A stretch of DNA of 64,000 nt from an uncultured Actinomycetes bacterium (GTDB lineage: Bacteria > Actinomycetota > UBA4738 > JBBDTT01). Positions 10,057 to 19,327 of this stretch are shown piece by piece. A model generated the notes under the pieces. The model saw only the letters and a program-made list of their open reading frames with translations, searched no databases and was not told the DNA's origin. Position 1 is the first letter of the stretch, and each line of letters starts with the position of its first letter. Made by a program: the position numbers and the translations under genes. The stretch covers positions 128,001 through 192,000 of the forward strand of contig CAVUMN010000003.1 in the NCBI GenBank assembly GCA_963742735.1, in the 5' to 3' direction.

Positions 10057-10496
10057 GCGACTGGGATGAGGTCTACTCGCCGTCCGACGACGAGCTGGTC
10101 GAGCTGTACGGCCGCATCAAGACCATCGCCGTCGTGGGGGCGTCCGACGACCCCGCGAAGGCCGCGAGCCGGATCCCCCGATACCTGAAGAACCAGGGCT
10201 ACACGATCATCCCGGTGAACCCGAAGGGCGGGGAGATCATCGGCGAGCCCGCGAAGACCTCGCTGGCCGAGCTGGACGAGCCGCCGGACGTGGTCGACGT
10301 GTTCCGTCCCTCCGAGGAGACCCCCGACGTCGCGCGGGCCGCGGTGGCCGCGGGCGCCAAGGTCCTGTGGCTGCAGGAGGGGATCTCGAACGACGAGGCC
10401 CGGCAGATCGCCGAGGACGCGGGGCTGCTCGTGATCATGAACCGGTGCATGGGCGCGACCCACGCGCAGCTGGGACTGGGGCCCGGCCCCGGCTGA
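10053..10496 (+). CDS. CoA-binding protein (YccU-like), second paralog
   Basis: TIAVVGAS, VDVFRPSE, LWLQEGI motifs; GTGA overlap with the upstream stop. Confidence 0.9.
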   Translation: MSDWDEVYSPSDDELVELYGRIKTIAVVGASDDPAKAASRIPRYLKNQGYTIIPVNPKGGEIIGEPAKTSLAELDEPPDVVDVFRPSEETPDVARAAVAAGAKVLWLQEGISNDEARQIAEDAGLLVIMNRCMGATHAQLGLGPGPG

Positions 10497-10500
10497 AGGG

Positions 10501-11127
10501 CTATCCCGCCGGGGAAAGCGTCTTCCGGATCATCGAGCGAGCCGCGGCCACGATCCGGTCTCGGTCGATCGACTCCGTCCCGCCGTAGAGCATGGCGTGC
10601 TCGAGGGTTCCTTGGATCGCGTGGTCGATCAGCGTGGCCGTCGATTCGGGGTCCTCGCACTCGAACACGCCGGCATCCACCCCCATCTTGATGCCGGCCG
10701 CGAACATGGCCTGGAGCTTCGCCTCGCACTCGGCGAACGGCGCGAAGGTCGCGGGCGTGAAGCCCTCCTGCGCGAACACCTGGACCTGGTCGGCGTGCTC
10801 GAGCATGAAGTCGATCATCGACTCGATCGTGGCGTCGGCCAGGGCCCACCAGTCGTCGCGGCCGACGCGGGCGAAGAACGACGAGGCGTGGGCGATGAGC
10901 TCGTCGACGAACCGCTCCTTCAGCGCGCCGAGCAGCGCCTCCTTGGAGTCGTAGTACAGGTAGAAGGTGCCCTTGGCGACGCCGGCGCCGTCGGTGATGT
11001 CCGAGACGGTGGTGGCGCCGATCCCCTTGGCGACGAACACGCGAAGGGCGGCGTCCAGGATGTCCTCGCGGCGTTCCTCGGGACGCTTGGTGACCCGCTT
11101 GCGCGCTTCGCTCTCGACCGTCGCCAT
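10501..11127 (-). CDS. TetR/AcrR-family transcriptional regulator
   Basis: N-terminal HTH: ILDAALRVF...TTVSDI...GVAKGTFYLYYDSKEAL. Confidence 0.93.
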   Translation of the reverse strand: MATVESEARKRVTKRPEERREDILDAALRVFVAKGIGATTVSDITDGAGVAKGTFYLYYDSKEALLGALKERFVDELIAHASSFFARVGRDDWWALADATIESMIDFMLEHADQVQVFAQEGFTPATFAPFAECEAKLQAMFAAGIKMGVDAGVFECEDPESTATLIDHAIQGTLEHAMLYGGTESIDRDRIVAAARSMIRKTLSPAG

Positions 11128-11145
11128 ACTGACCGGGGTCAGTAT
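11126..11145. promoter_or_regulatory. Perfect 9-2-9 palindrome ATACTGACC-GG-GGTCAGTAT, probable TetR auto-operator
   Basis: Overlaps the minus-strand TATACT -10 box and the tetR start codon. Confidence 0.75.
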
Positions 11146-11170
11146 AGGACGCGCTCAGCGCCCGGGGGAG

Positions 11171-12295
11171 TCAGCCCAGGGCCTGCTCGAGATCGGCGAC
11201 GAGGTCCTCGCGGGTCCTCGATCCCCACCGACAGCCGGATCAGGGTGTCGGGGACCTCGAGCGGCGAGCCCGCCACGCTCATGTGCGTCATCCGGCCCGG
11301 GTGTTCGATGAGCGACTCGACGCCCCCCAGCGACTCGGCCAGGAAGAACAGCTTCGTCCGCGCGGGGACGGCCAGGGCCTCCTCGGCCGAGGCGACCTCG
11401 AAGGACACCATGCCCCCGAACCGTCCATCTGGTCGCGGGCGATCTCGTGGCCGGGATGCTCGGTCAGCCCGGGGTAGTGGACCCTCGTCACGCGCGGGTG
11501 CTTCACCAGGAACTCGGCGACCGCCTCGGCCCCCGCGCAGTGGGCCTCCATCCGCAGCGCGAGCGTCTTGATCCCCCGCAGCACCAGGAAGCAGTCGAGC
11601 GGTCCGGGGACCGCGCCGGCCGCGTTCTGCAGGAACGCCAGGCGCGCGTGGAGGTCGTCGTCGCCGGTCACCAGCAGCCCGCCGACCACGTCGGAGTGCC
11701 CGCCCAGGTACTTGGTGCTCGAGTGCACGACGACGTCGGCGCCGAGGGTCAGCGGCCGTTGCAGGTACGGCGAGGCGAACGTGTTGTCGACGACCAGCCG
11801 CGCGCCGGCCTCGTGCGCGATCTCCGCCACGGCGGCGATGTCCACGATCTTCAGGAGCGGGTTGGTCGGGGTCTCGGCCCACACGACTCGGGTGTCCTCT
11901 CGCACGGCCTTGCGCACGGCGGCGGGGTCGGTCAGGTCGACGGTGTCGAACTCCAGGGACCACTCCGCCAGGACCTGGGCGAGGAGCCGGTAGGTCCCCC
12001 CGTACACGTCGTCGCCGAGGATCACGTGGTCGCCCGGCTTCAGCGTGTAGAAGAGGGTCGCGCTCGCGGCCATTCCGCTGGCGAAGGCCAGGCCGTGGCC
12101 CCCTTCCTCGAGGGCGGCGATACAGGTCTCCAGCGCGGTGCGGGTGGGGTTCCCCGTCCGCGCGTAGTCGTAGCCCTTGTGCTCGCCCACCGCGGCCTGC
12201 GCGTAGGTGCTGGTCTGGTAGATCGGGACGTTCACCGAGCCGTACGCCGGCTCGGGCTCCTGCCCCGCGTGGATCGCCTTCGTCCGGAACCGCAT
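11171..12295 (-). CDS. metB: Cystathionine gamma-synthase/gamma-lyase; two apparent indels near 11421 and 11210
   Basis: TKAIHAGQ, YARTGNPTR, FASGMAA, ETPTNP, DNTFASP, SSTKYLGGHSD (PLP Lys); AESLGGVESL and IRLSVGIED in shifted frames. Confidence 0.88.
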
Positions 12296-12300
12296 CGTCC

Positions 12301-13188
12301 CTACTGTCTCACGCCCGGGGGCAGCTTCCACTTCCGGCGGACGAGCTCCTCGATCGCCGCGGAGCCCGCGGTCGCGTCCCGCCACAGCCGGGCCTTGTGC
12401 CGGGCGTCGTGCCCGGGCCGGAACTCGCCGCGCACCACCTCGCCGCACCCGCACGCGCACCACCGGGTGGTGGTGATCACCGGCATCGCCTCCGGCGCCT
12501 CGCACCGCTTGTAGCGGTCGAGCAGCCGGACGACGGGGACCACGATGACCCCCTCGCGCGGGTCGCCCTCGAAGGAGCCCCGGCCGTTCAGGAAGTGGAC
12601 GCCGGTGAGCCCCGCGCAGATCGCGTCCAGCCCGTCGATCGTCGCGTCCTCGGGCACGTCGCGGACCCCGGCCCGCTCCAGCACGCCGCGCCGCCAGGCG
12701 ACGCGCCACCGCCGCCCCGGGGAGAGGCAGCCCGCCAGCGCCACGTAGGAGGCGTAGGGGAACACCTCCAGGGCCCGCAGCTTGCGCTCGCCCGAACCCA
12801 GGTAGGGCGCATACCCGGCCGCCCTCGCCGCCGCGAACGTCTCGAAGCCGGCGGTCATCCAGGAGAACAGCTTCCCGTCCTCCCAGTGCGTCTGGTGCGA
12901 GCCGATCCCGCGGCGGGACAGCTCGTACTCGGCCACACGGCGGTCCAGGTGCTTGCCGGCCGCGGGCGGGACGGCCAGGCGACGGCGGACCTCCTCGTCC
13001 CGGAGCAGCCCCTTGCCGGGCGTGGGCGGCGCGTCGATGGCGACCGCGTCCGGGCGAACTGTGTCGAGGCACTCCCGCAGCGCCGCCGGCCCTCCCAGCT
13101 TGAACACCCGCTCCACGCGGGTCCCAACGACGACGGCGGCGTCCAGACCGCGCCCCAGGGAGACGTCGATTCCCAGGACGCGGGTCAC
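12301..13188 (-). CDS. DUF429-family predicted RNase H-like nuclease with a C-terminal Cys/His-rich (CACGCG...GHD) extension
   Basis: VLGIDVS, VAIDAP, LEVFPYAS and LDAICA acidic motifs; EGVIVVP. Confidence 0.75.
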   Translation of the reverse strand: MTRVLGIDVSLGRGLDAAVVVGTRVERVFKLGGPAALRECLDTVRPDAVAIDAPPTPGKGLLRDEEVRRRLAVPPAAGKHLDRRVAEYELSRRGIGSHQTHWEDGKLFSWMTAGFETFAAARAAGYAPYLGSGERKLRALEVFPYASYVALAGCLSPGRRWRVAWRRGVLERAGVRDVPEDATIDGLDAICAGLTGVHFLNGRGSFEGDPREGVIVVPVVRLLDRYKRCEAPEAMPVITTTRWCACGCGEVVRGEFRPGHDARHKARLWRDATAGSAAIEELVRRKWKLPPGVRQ

Positions 13189-13201
13189 GGCTCCGAGCGG
13201 C

Positions 13202-14572
13202 TCAGCGGCCCCGGTGGGCCAGGTACTCCAGCAGGTCCGAGCGGGTCAGGACCCCGATGGCCTCGTTGACGCGGCTGACCAGCACCGCCGGGCCGTGCTG
13301 GAGCTGTTCGAACGCCACCTCGACGGGCTCGGACTCGTCGACGAACGGGAACGGCGGCCCCATCACCTCGGCCACGTCGGCCTGGAGCGCGTCGGGGTCG
13401 CGGAACACCCGGTCCAGCAGGGAGCTCTCGCGGATCGAGCCGACGAACGCGGTGACGTCCGATCCCTCCTCGCGGGTCACCGGGGCCTGGCTGATCCCGA
13501 ACTGCTGGAGCACGTCCACGGCCTGGCGGACCTTGGCGTGCGCCCCGATCGTGACCAGGGGCGGCGTCTCGCCGTGGTGCTTGTCCTTGAGGATCTCGCC
13601 GACCCGCATGACCTCGGGGCGCTCGACGAAGCCGTACTGGAGCATCCATGTGTCCGAGTAGAGCTTCGAGAGGTAGTTCCGGCCGGTATCGGGCAGCAGG
13701 ACGACGACCACGGCGTTCTCGTCCAAATCCTGGGCCACCTGTAGGGCCGCGAACACCGCCGTCCCGCCGGAGCCCCCCACCAGGATGCCCTCCTCGCGAG
13801 TGACCGCCCGGGCGGTGAGCAGCGAGTCGCGGTCGGAGACGCGTACCCACTCGTCGACGATCTTCGGGTCGAACGTGCCCGGCCAGAAGTCCTCGCCGAT
13901 CCCCTCGGTCAGGTAGGGCCGCGGCTCGTCGCCGGAATAGAGGGAGCCTTCCGGGTCCGCGCCGATCACGCGGACCGCCGGGTTCTGCTCCTTCAGATAG
14001 CGGCCCGTACCGGTGACCGTCCCGCCGGTGCCGACGCCGATCACCAGGTGGGTGATCGCGCCCTCGGTCTGGCGCCAGATCTCCGGCCCGGTCGTGGCGT
14101 AGTGGGCCCGGGGGTTCTCCTGGTTGTAGTACTGGTTGGGCTGGAAGGCGCCGGGGATCTCCTCGGTCAGGCGGTCCGCGACCCGGTAGTACGACTCAGG
14201 GCTCTCCGGGGCGACCGCGGTCGGGGTGATCACGACCTCCGCGCCGTACGCGCGAAGCAGCGCGACCTTCTCCTGGCTCATCTTGTCGGGCATCACGAAG
14301 ATGCACTTGTAGCCCCGGATGGCCGCGGCGATCGCCAGGCCGTGTCCGGTGTTGCCGGAGGTCGGCTCCACGATGGTTCCGCCGGGCTTGAGCAGGCCCT
14401 CGCGCTCGGCGGCCTCGATCATCGGCAGCGCGATCCGGTCCTTCACGGACCCGCCCGGGTTGAGCATCTCGAGCTTGGCCAGGACCGGCGGGCGGACGTC
14501 ACGCCCGATCTTCGACAGCCGGACGAGGGGGGTGTTCCCCATCGCGTCCAGGAAGGAATCGAGCACGTCCAT
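13202..14572 (-). CDS. cbs: Cystathionine beta-synthase with C-terminal CBS pair
   Basis: NPGGSVKDRIA, EPTSGNTG, GTGGT, EGIGEDFWP motifs; CBS domains ending LTRSDLL. Confidence 0.95.
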   Translation of the reverse strand: MDVLDSFLDAMGNTPLVRLSKIGRDVRPPVLAKLEMLNPGGSVKDRIALPMIEAAEREGLLKPGGTIVEPTSGNTGHGLAIAAAIRGYKCIFVMPDKMSQEKVALLRAYGAEVVITPTAVAPESPESYYRVADRLTEEIPGAFQPNQYYNQENPRAHYATTGPEIWRQTEGAITHLVIGVGTGGTVTGTGRYLKEQNPAVRVIGADPEGSLYSGDEPRPYLTEGIGEDFWPGTFDPKIVDEWVRVSDRDSLLTARAVTREEGILVGGSGGTAVFAALQVAQDLDENAVVVVLLPDTGRNYLSKLYSDTWMLQYGFVERPEVMRVGEILKDKHHGETPPLVTIGAHAKVRQAVDVLQQFGISQAPVTREEGSDVTAFVGSIRESSLLDRVFRDPDALQADVAEVMGPPFPFVDESEPVEVAFEQLQHGPAVLVSRVNEAIGVLTRSDLLEYLAHRGR

Positions 14573-14709
14573 GGGCCCTGATCTCCCGTCGACGACCGGT
14601 CGTGTCGGTGGCGAGCGCTATGGTACCGCCGCGCGAGACCCGGGAAGGTTTCTGACGGTCCGCGCCGAAGGTGTCATTTCCGGCAATTCGCCGCCGGACG
14701 CCTGGAGGC

Positions 14710-16134
14710 ATGCCCGTGTCGTCTCGCCCGAGGATGCGCTGGACGTGGCCCGCGGTGCTCGCACTGTTGCTGGCGAGCGCGGGGGTCGTCCCGTCCGGGC
14801 GCGCCCACGCCCAGGCCGTGAACATCCCGCGGCTGGAGCCGAACCTGATCTTCGTGCTGACCGACGACCAGCGGGTCGACGCGATGTCGGTCATGCCCAA
14901 CACGATCCGGAACTTCCCGGTGGAGTTCTCCTCGGCGATCGTGTCGACGCCGCTGTGCTGCCCGTCGCGTGCGTCGTTCCTGACGGGCGAGTACGCGCAC
15001 AACCACGGGGTGTGGACGAACTTCGACTACCACGACAAGTTCCAGCCCCGGGAGCGGGACTCCCTCGGCCCGTGGCTCCAGGCCCAGGGGTACTACACGG
15101 GCTTCGTCGGCCGGTACCTGAACCGGTACAGCATCGACGACCCGACCCCGCCGGGCTGGGACGAGTTCTACGCACGGGTGGGTCAGGCGGACACCGGCGC
15201 CTTGATGTTCGACGGCTACACGAAGCTCAACGTCCACGAGCACTTCAAGAGTGGGACGGGGAACATCACGCGGATCGCGCGCTACCCGAACACCGAGCGC
15301 CCCGACTTCTACTCGACGGACTACTTCGCGGACATGGCCGCCCGGTTCGTCGATCGCGCGGAGAACCTCTCGTACAACCCGTTCCACAAGCCGTGGGCGC
15401 TGGTCGTGTGGACGACCGCGCCCCACCTGCCGCTGATCCCCGCCGCCCGGCATCGGACCGCGCCGGTCCCGGCGTTCCGGCCCCCGCCCTCGTTCCTCGA
15501 GGCCGACATGCGCGACAAGCCGGCGGAGGTCCGCGCTCCCATCTACGAGACCCTCAACGGCCTGAACCAGCGCAGGATCCACGACGGCATGCTCCGGATG
15601 CTCATGAGCGTCGACGAGCTGGTCGGCCGGGTCTGGGACCGCGTCGACGAGCACGGGCAGCGCGGCTCGACGTGGGGCGTGTTCGCCTCGGACAATGGGT
15701 GGTTCCTGGGGGAGCATCGGAAGACCGAGAAGGTCTATGCGTACGAGGAGGCCGCCCACGTGCCGTTCCGGATGGCCTTCCCCGGCGCGAAGCCGCGGGC
15801 GATCGACGAGCTGATCTCGAACGTCGACCTCGCGCCGACCCTGATGGACCTCGCCGGCGACTCGGGCGCGCATCACTTCCGGGGACGGTCGCTGCTGCCG
15901 CTGATCGAGGACACCGCGATGGGCTGGCGGACTGCCGCGCTCATCGAGGCCCGAAGCGCCATCGGCTACGACGCGGTCCGGACGGAGCGCTGGAAGTTCA
16001 TCCGCTGGGTGAGCGGCGCCCTCGAGCTCTACGACCTCCAGGCGGACCCGTACGAGCTGACGAACGTCGCCGCCCGCACCCCCGAGGTCGTGGCGGAGCT
16101 GCAGCAGACGCTGGACGCGCTGAAGAGGTTGTAG
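14710..16134 (+). CDS. Secreted Cys-type (formylglycine-dependent) sulfatase
   Basis: GGAGG RBS; signal peptide; PNLIFVLTDDQ, CCPSRAS.LTG, SDNG...GEH and ELYDLQADPYE motifs. Confidence 0.92.
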   Translation: MPVSSRPRMRWTWPAVLALLLASAGVVPSGRAHAQAVNIPRLEPNLIFVLTDDQRVDAMSVMPNTIRNFPVEFSSAIVSTPLCCPSRASFLTGEYAHNHGVWTNFDYHDKFQPRERDSLGPWLQAQGYYTGFVGRYLNRYSIDDPTPPGWDEFYARVGQADTGALMFDGYTKLNVHEHFKSGTGNITRIARYPNTERPDFYSTDYFADMAARFVDRAENLSYNPFHKPWALVVWTTAPHLPLIPAARHRTAPVPAFRPPPSFLEADMRDKPAEVRAPIYETLNGLNQRRIHDGMLRMLMSVDELVGRVWDRVDEHGQRGSTWGVFASDNGWFLGEHRKTEKVYAYEEAAHVPFRMAFPGAKPRAIDELISNVDLAPTLMDLAGDSGAHHFRGRSLLPLIEDTAMGWRTAALIEARSAIGYDAVRTERWKFIRWVSGALELYDLQADPYELTNVAARTPEVVAELQQTLDALKRL

Positions 16135-16145
16135 CATCCCCGGCC

Positions 16146-17558
16146 ATGAGCCCGGGAGCCGTGCGTCCCCGGGTCATCGCCGTTCTGATCGTCCTGTCGG
16201 CGGTGGTTGGCCCAACCGGTGATCGTGTCGCCGGAGCTCAGGCGGTCCCGCCCGCCAAGCCGAACCTGCTGTTCGTCCTGACCGACGACCAGCGGTTCGA
16301 CACACTCGCCCAGATGCCGGCGGTCAAGGCGAACTTCGACGTGGAGTTCACGAGCGCGATCGTCTCGACCCCGCTGTGCTGTCCGGCCCGGGCGACGTAC
16401 CTGACGGGCCAGTACGCACACAACCTGGGCGTCTGGAGCAACGCCGCGTATCCGCAGTTCCGGCCCCGGGAGCCGGACTCGCTCGGGCCGTGGCTGCAGG
16501 CTCAGGGCTACTACACCGGCTTCATGGGCAAGTACCTCAACGGGTTCACCGGGTCGCACGCGGCCCCTCCTGGGTGGGACGAGTTCTACGGGATGCTCAC
16601 CGACGCGGCGGGCAACTTCGTGGGCAACGGCTATACACAGGTCACCCTTCGCGAGCGGTTCAAGAAGAACGGGATCACGCAAGTCGACCGGCTGATGTCG
16701 TATCCGAACGCGAACCAGCAGGGCTTCTACTTCACCCGCTGGCTTCTGGAGCAGGCTCGCGCCTTCATCGGGCGTGCAGAGAACCCGACGTTCAATCCGA
16801 CCGGCAAGCCGTGGGCATTGTTCGTGTGGCCGACCGCGCCGCATCCGCCGTTCATCGCCGAGGCCCGCCACGTGAACAAGGTGATTCCCGCCTGGAGCCG
16901 ACCGCCGTCGTTTCTCGAGGAGGACATGAGCGACAAGCCGGAGGAGGTCACCGGATCGATCCATCGGGTGGACGACCCCGGCCTCCACGAGTTCCGCCGT
17001 GGAGGGATGCTTCGGGCGCTGCTGTCGGTGGACGACCTCGTACGAGAGGTGTTCGCGGAGCTGGATCGCCGGCTGCTTCGCGAGGAGACCTGGGGGCTCT
17101 ACACCTCGGACAACGGCTTCTTCTGGGGCGAGCACCACCTGACGAACAAGCTCTACGCGTACGAGGAGGCCGCACGGGTTCCGTTCCGAATGGCCGTGCC
17201 GGGCATCGGCGCCAAGCAGATCGCGAGCATGGTGTCTTCGATCGACGTCTCGCCGACCTTCGCGGCGCTCGCGGGGGACACGGCGGGACACGGGTTCCGG
17301 GGACTCTCCCTGCTGCCGCTCATCTCCGGGCCGGCGCCGAGCTCATGGCCCAAGGAGCAGCTCATCGAGTCGCGGTCGACCGCGGAGTACGACGCCCTGC
17401 GGACCCCGAACTACGTCTACATCGAGTGGCGCTCGACGGGCCATCGGGAGCTGTACTGGCGGCCGGGCGACCCGTACCAGCTGAACAACGTCGCCGCCCA
17501 GAAGCCGGCGCTGTGCGACTACTTCTCGGGACGGCTCGCCGCGCTGAAGGCCGCCTGA
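16146..17558 (+). CDS. Secreted Cys-type sulfatase, tandem paralog
   Basis: Signal peptide; PNLLFVLTDDQ, CCPARATYLTG, SDNGFFWGEH and DPYQL motifs. Confidence 0.92.
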   Translation: MSPGAVRPRVIAVLIVLSAVVGPTGDRVAGAQAVPPAKPNLLFVLTDDQRFDTLAQMPAVKANFDVEFTSAIVSTPLCCPARATYLTGQYAHNLGVWSNAAYPQFRPREPDSLGPWLQAQGYYTGFMGKYLNGFTGSHAAPPGWDEFYGMLTDAAGNFVGNGYTQVTLRERFKKNGITQVDRLMSYPNANQQGFYFTRWLLEQARAFIGRAENPTFNPTGKPWALFVWPTAPHPPFIAEARHVNKVIPAWSRPPSFLEEDMSDKPEEVTGSIHRVDDPGLHEFRRGGMLRALLSVDDLVREVFAELDRRLLREETWGLYTSDNGFFWGEHHLTNKLYAYEEAARVPFRMAVPGIGAKQIASMVSSIDVSPTFAALAGDTAGHGFRGLSLLPLISGPAPSSWPKEQLIESRSTAEYDALRTPNYVYIEWRSTGHRELYWRPGDPYQLNNVAAQKPALCDYFSGRLAALKAA

Positions 17559-17598
17559 GGCGCACTCCTCGGGCGTCGCCCGGCTCTAGGATCACGGC

Positions 17599-19254
17599 AT
17601 GAGCGGTCCGCGCGAGGTCCGGGCACCACGGGGTCAGGAACGCTCCTGCCGCGGCTGGCCGCAGGAGGCCGCGCTGCGGATGCTCATGAACAACCTGGAC
17701 CCCGAGGTTGCCGAGCGGCCGGACGACCTGGTCGTGTACGGGGGCACCGGGCGAGCCGCCCGGTCGTGGGACGCGTTCGACGCGATCGTCGCCGCCCTCC
17801 GTTCGCTCGGCGACGACGAGACGCTGCTCATCCAGTCGGGCAAGCCCGTCGGGGTGTTCCGGACTCACGCGACGGCGCCGCGGGTGCTGATCTCGAACGC
17901 GATGCTCGTGCCGAAGTGGGCCGACTGGGAGACGTTCCGGGACCTGGAGCGGGCCGGGCTGACCATGTACGGGCAGATGACGGCCGGGTCGTGGATCTAC
18001 ATCGGGACCCAGGGGATCCTGCAGGGCACCTACGAGACGCTGGCGGAGGTCGCCGCCCAGCACTTCGGGGGAACGCTGTCCGGACGGGTCGTCCTGACCG
18101 CCGGGCTCGGCGGGATGGGCGGCGCCCAGCCTCTCGCCGTGACGATGAACGACGGGATCGCGCTGTGTGTGGAGGTCGATCCCCAGCGGATCGAACGCCG
18201 GCTGAAGACCCGGTACCTGGACCGTGAGACGGCCGATCTGGACGAGGCGCTGCGGTGGGTCGGGGACGCTCGCGCCTCGGGGGAGGCGGTCTCCATCGGG
18301 CTCCTCGGTAACGCGGCGGAGGTCCTTCCCGAGCTCTTAGGCCGAGGGTTCAGCGCCGACGTCGTGACGGACCAGACCAGCGCGCACGATCCGGTCGGCG
18401 GCTACGTCCCCGGAGGGCTGCCGCTGCAGGAGGCGGCCGCGCTCCGCGAGCGTGACCCGGCCGAGTACTCCCGCCGGTCGTACGCCTCCATGGCAGCCCA
18501 CGTCGAGGCGATGGTGGGATTCAAGGACGCCGGGGCCGTGGTGTTCGACTACGGCAACAACCTTCGGGCCGGCGCCGAGCGGGGCGGGTACGCGCGGGCC
18601 TACGACTACCCGGGGTTCGTCCAGGCGTTCGTCCGGCCCCTGTTCTGCGAGGGCAAGGGGCCGTTCCGGTGGGCGGCGCTGTCGGGAGACCCCGCGGACA
18701 TCCTGGAGACCGACCGGGCCATCCTGGAGCTGTTCCCCGGCGACGAGCGGCTGCACCGGTGGATCCGGATGGCCGAGGAGCGCGTCGCCTTCCAGGGGCT
18801 CCCCGCCCGGATCTGCTGGCTGGGATACGGCGAGCGCGACCGGGCCGGCCTGCGGTTCAACGAGCTGGTCCGGGAGGGCCGGGTGTCGGCCCCGATCGTG
18901 ATCGGGCGGGATCACCTGGACGCGGGGTCGGTGGCGTCGCCGTACCGCGAGACCGAGGGCATGCTCGACGGCTCGGACGCCATCGCCGACTGGCCGATCC
19001 TCAACGCGCTGCTCAACACCGCCGCCGGCGCGCACTGGGTGAGCGTCCATCACGGGGGAGGAGTGGGGATCGGCTACTCGATCCACGCCGGGATGGTCGT
19101 GGTCGCCGACGGCTCGGCCGACGCGGACGAGCGGCTCGCGCGGGTGCTGGTCACCGACCCCGGGAGCGGTGTGATCCGTCACGCCGACGCCGGCTACGAC
19201 CGCGCGATCGAGGTCGCCGCCGAACGCGGCGTCCGGCTCCCCTGGCGCGAGTAG
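17599..19254 (+). CDS. hutU: Urocanate hydratase
   Basis: [46 protein letters not shown] motifs. Confidence 0.97.
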   Translation: MSGPREVRAPRGQERSCRGWPQEAALRMLMNNLDPEVAERPDDLVVYGGTGRAARSWDAFDAIVAALRSLGDDETLLIQSGKPVGVFRTHATAPRVLISNAMLVPKWADWETFRDLERAGLTMYGQMTAGSWIYIGTQGILQGTYETLAEVAAQHFGGTLSGRVVLTAGLGGMGGAQPLAVTMNDGIALCVEVDPQRIERRLKTRYLDRETADLDEALRWVGDARASGEAVSIGLLGNAAEVLPELLGRGFSADVVTDQTSAHDPVGGYVPGGLPLQEAAALRERDPAEYSRRSYASMAAHVEAMVGFKDAGAVVFDYGNNLRAGAERGGYARAYDYPGFVQAFVRPLFCEGKGPFRWAALSGDPADILETDRAILELFPGDERLHRWIRMAEERVAFQGLPARICWLGYGERDRAGLRFNELVREGRVSAPIVIGRDHLDAGSVASPYRETEGMLDGSDAIADWPILNALLNTAAGAHWVSVHHGGGVGIGYSIHAGMVVVADGSADADERLARVLVTDPGSGVIRHADAGYDRAIEVAAERGVRLPWRE

Positions 19255-19327
19255 CGGAGCGCTCGATCCTGGCCTCGCCACGGGGAGGGCTCCATACTCC
19301 TGGTGTCCCTTCCATCACGGAGTCGAC

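Noticed and set aside
14573-14709. SAM or other riboswitch upstream of cbs
   Set aside because: The leader after the TACCAT -10 box is only about 45 nt and shows no recognisable aptamer consensus.
14319-17558. 1079-aa ORF suggesting a giant sulfatase fusion
   Set aside because: The first ~600 residues are low-complexity Arg/Gly/Pro text overlapping cbs and sulfatase 1 in another frame; the real gene starts at 16146 with a signal peptide.
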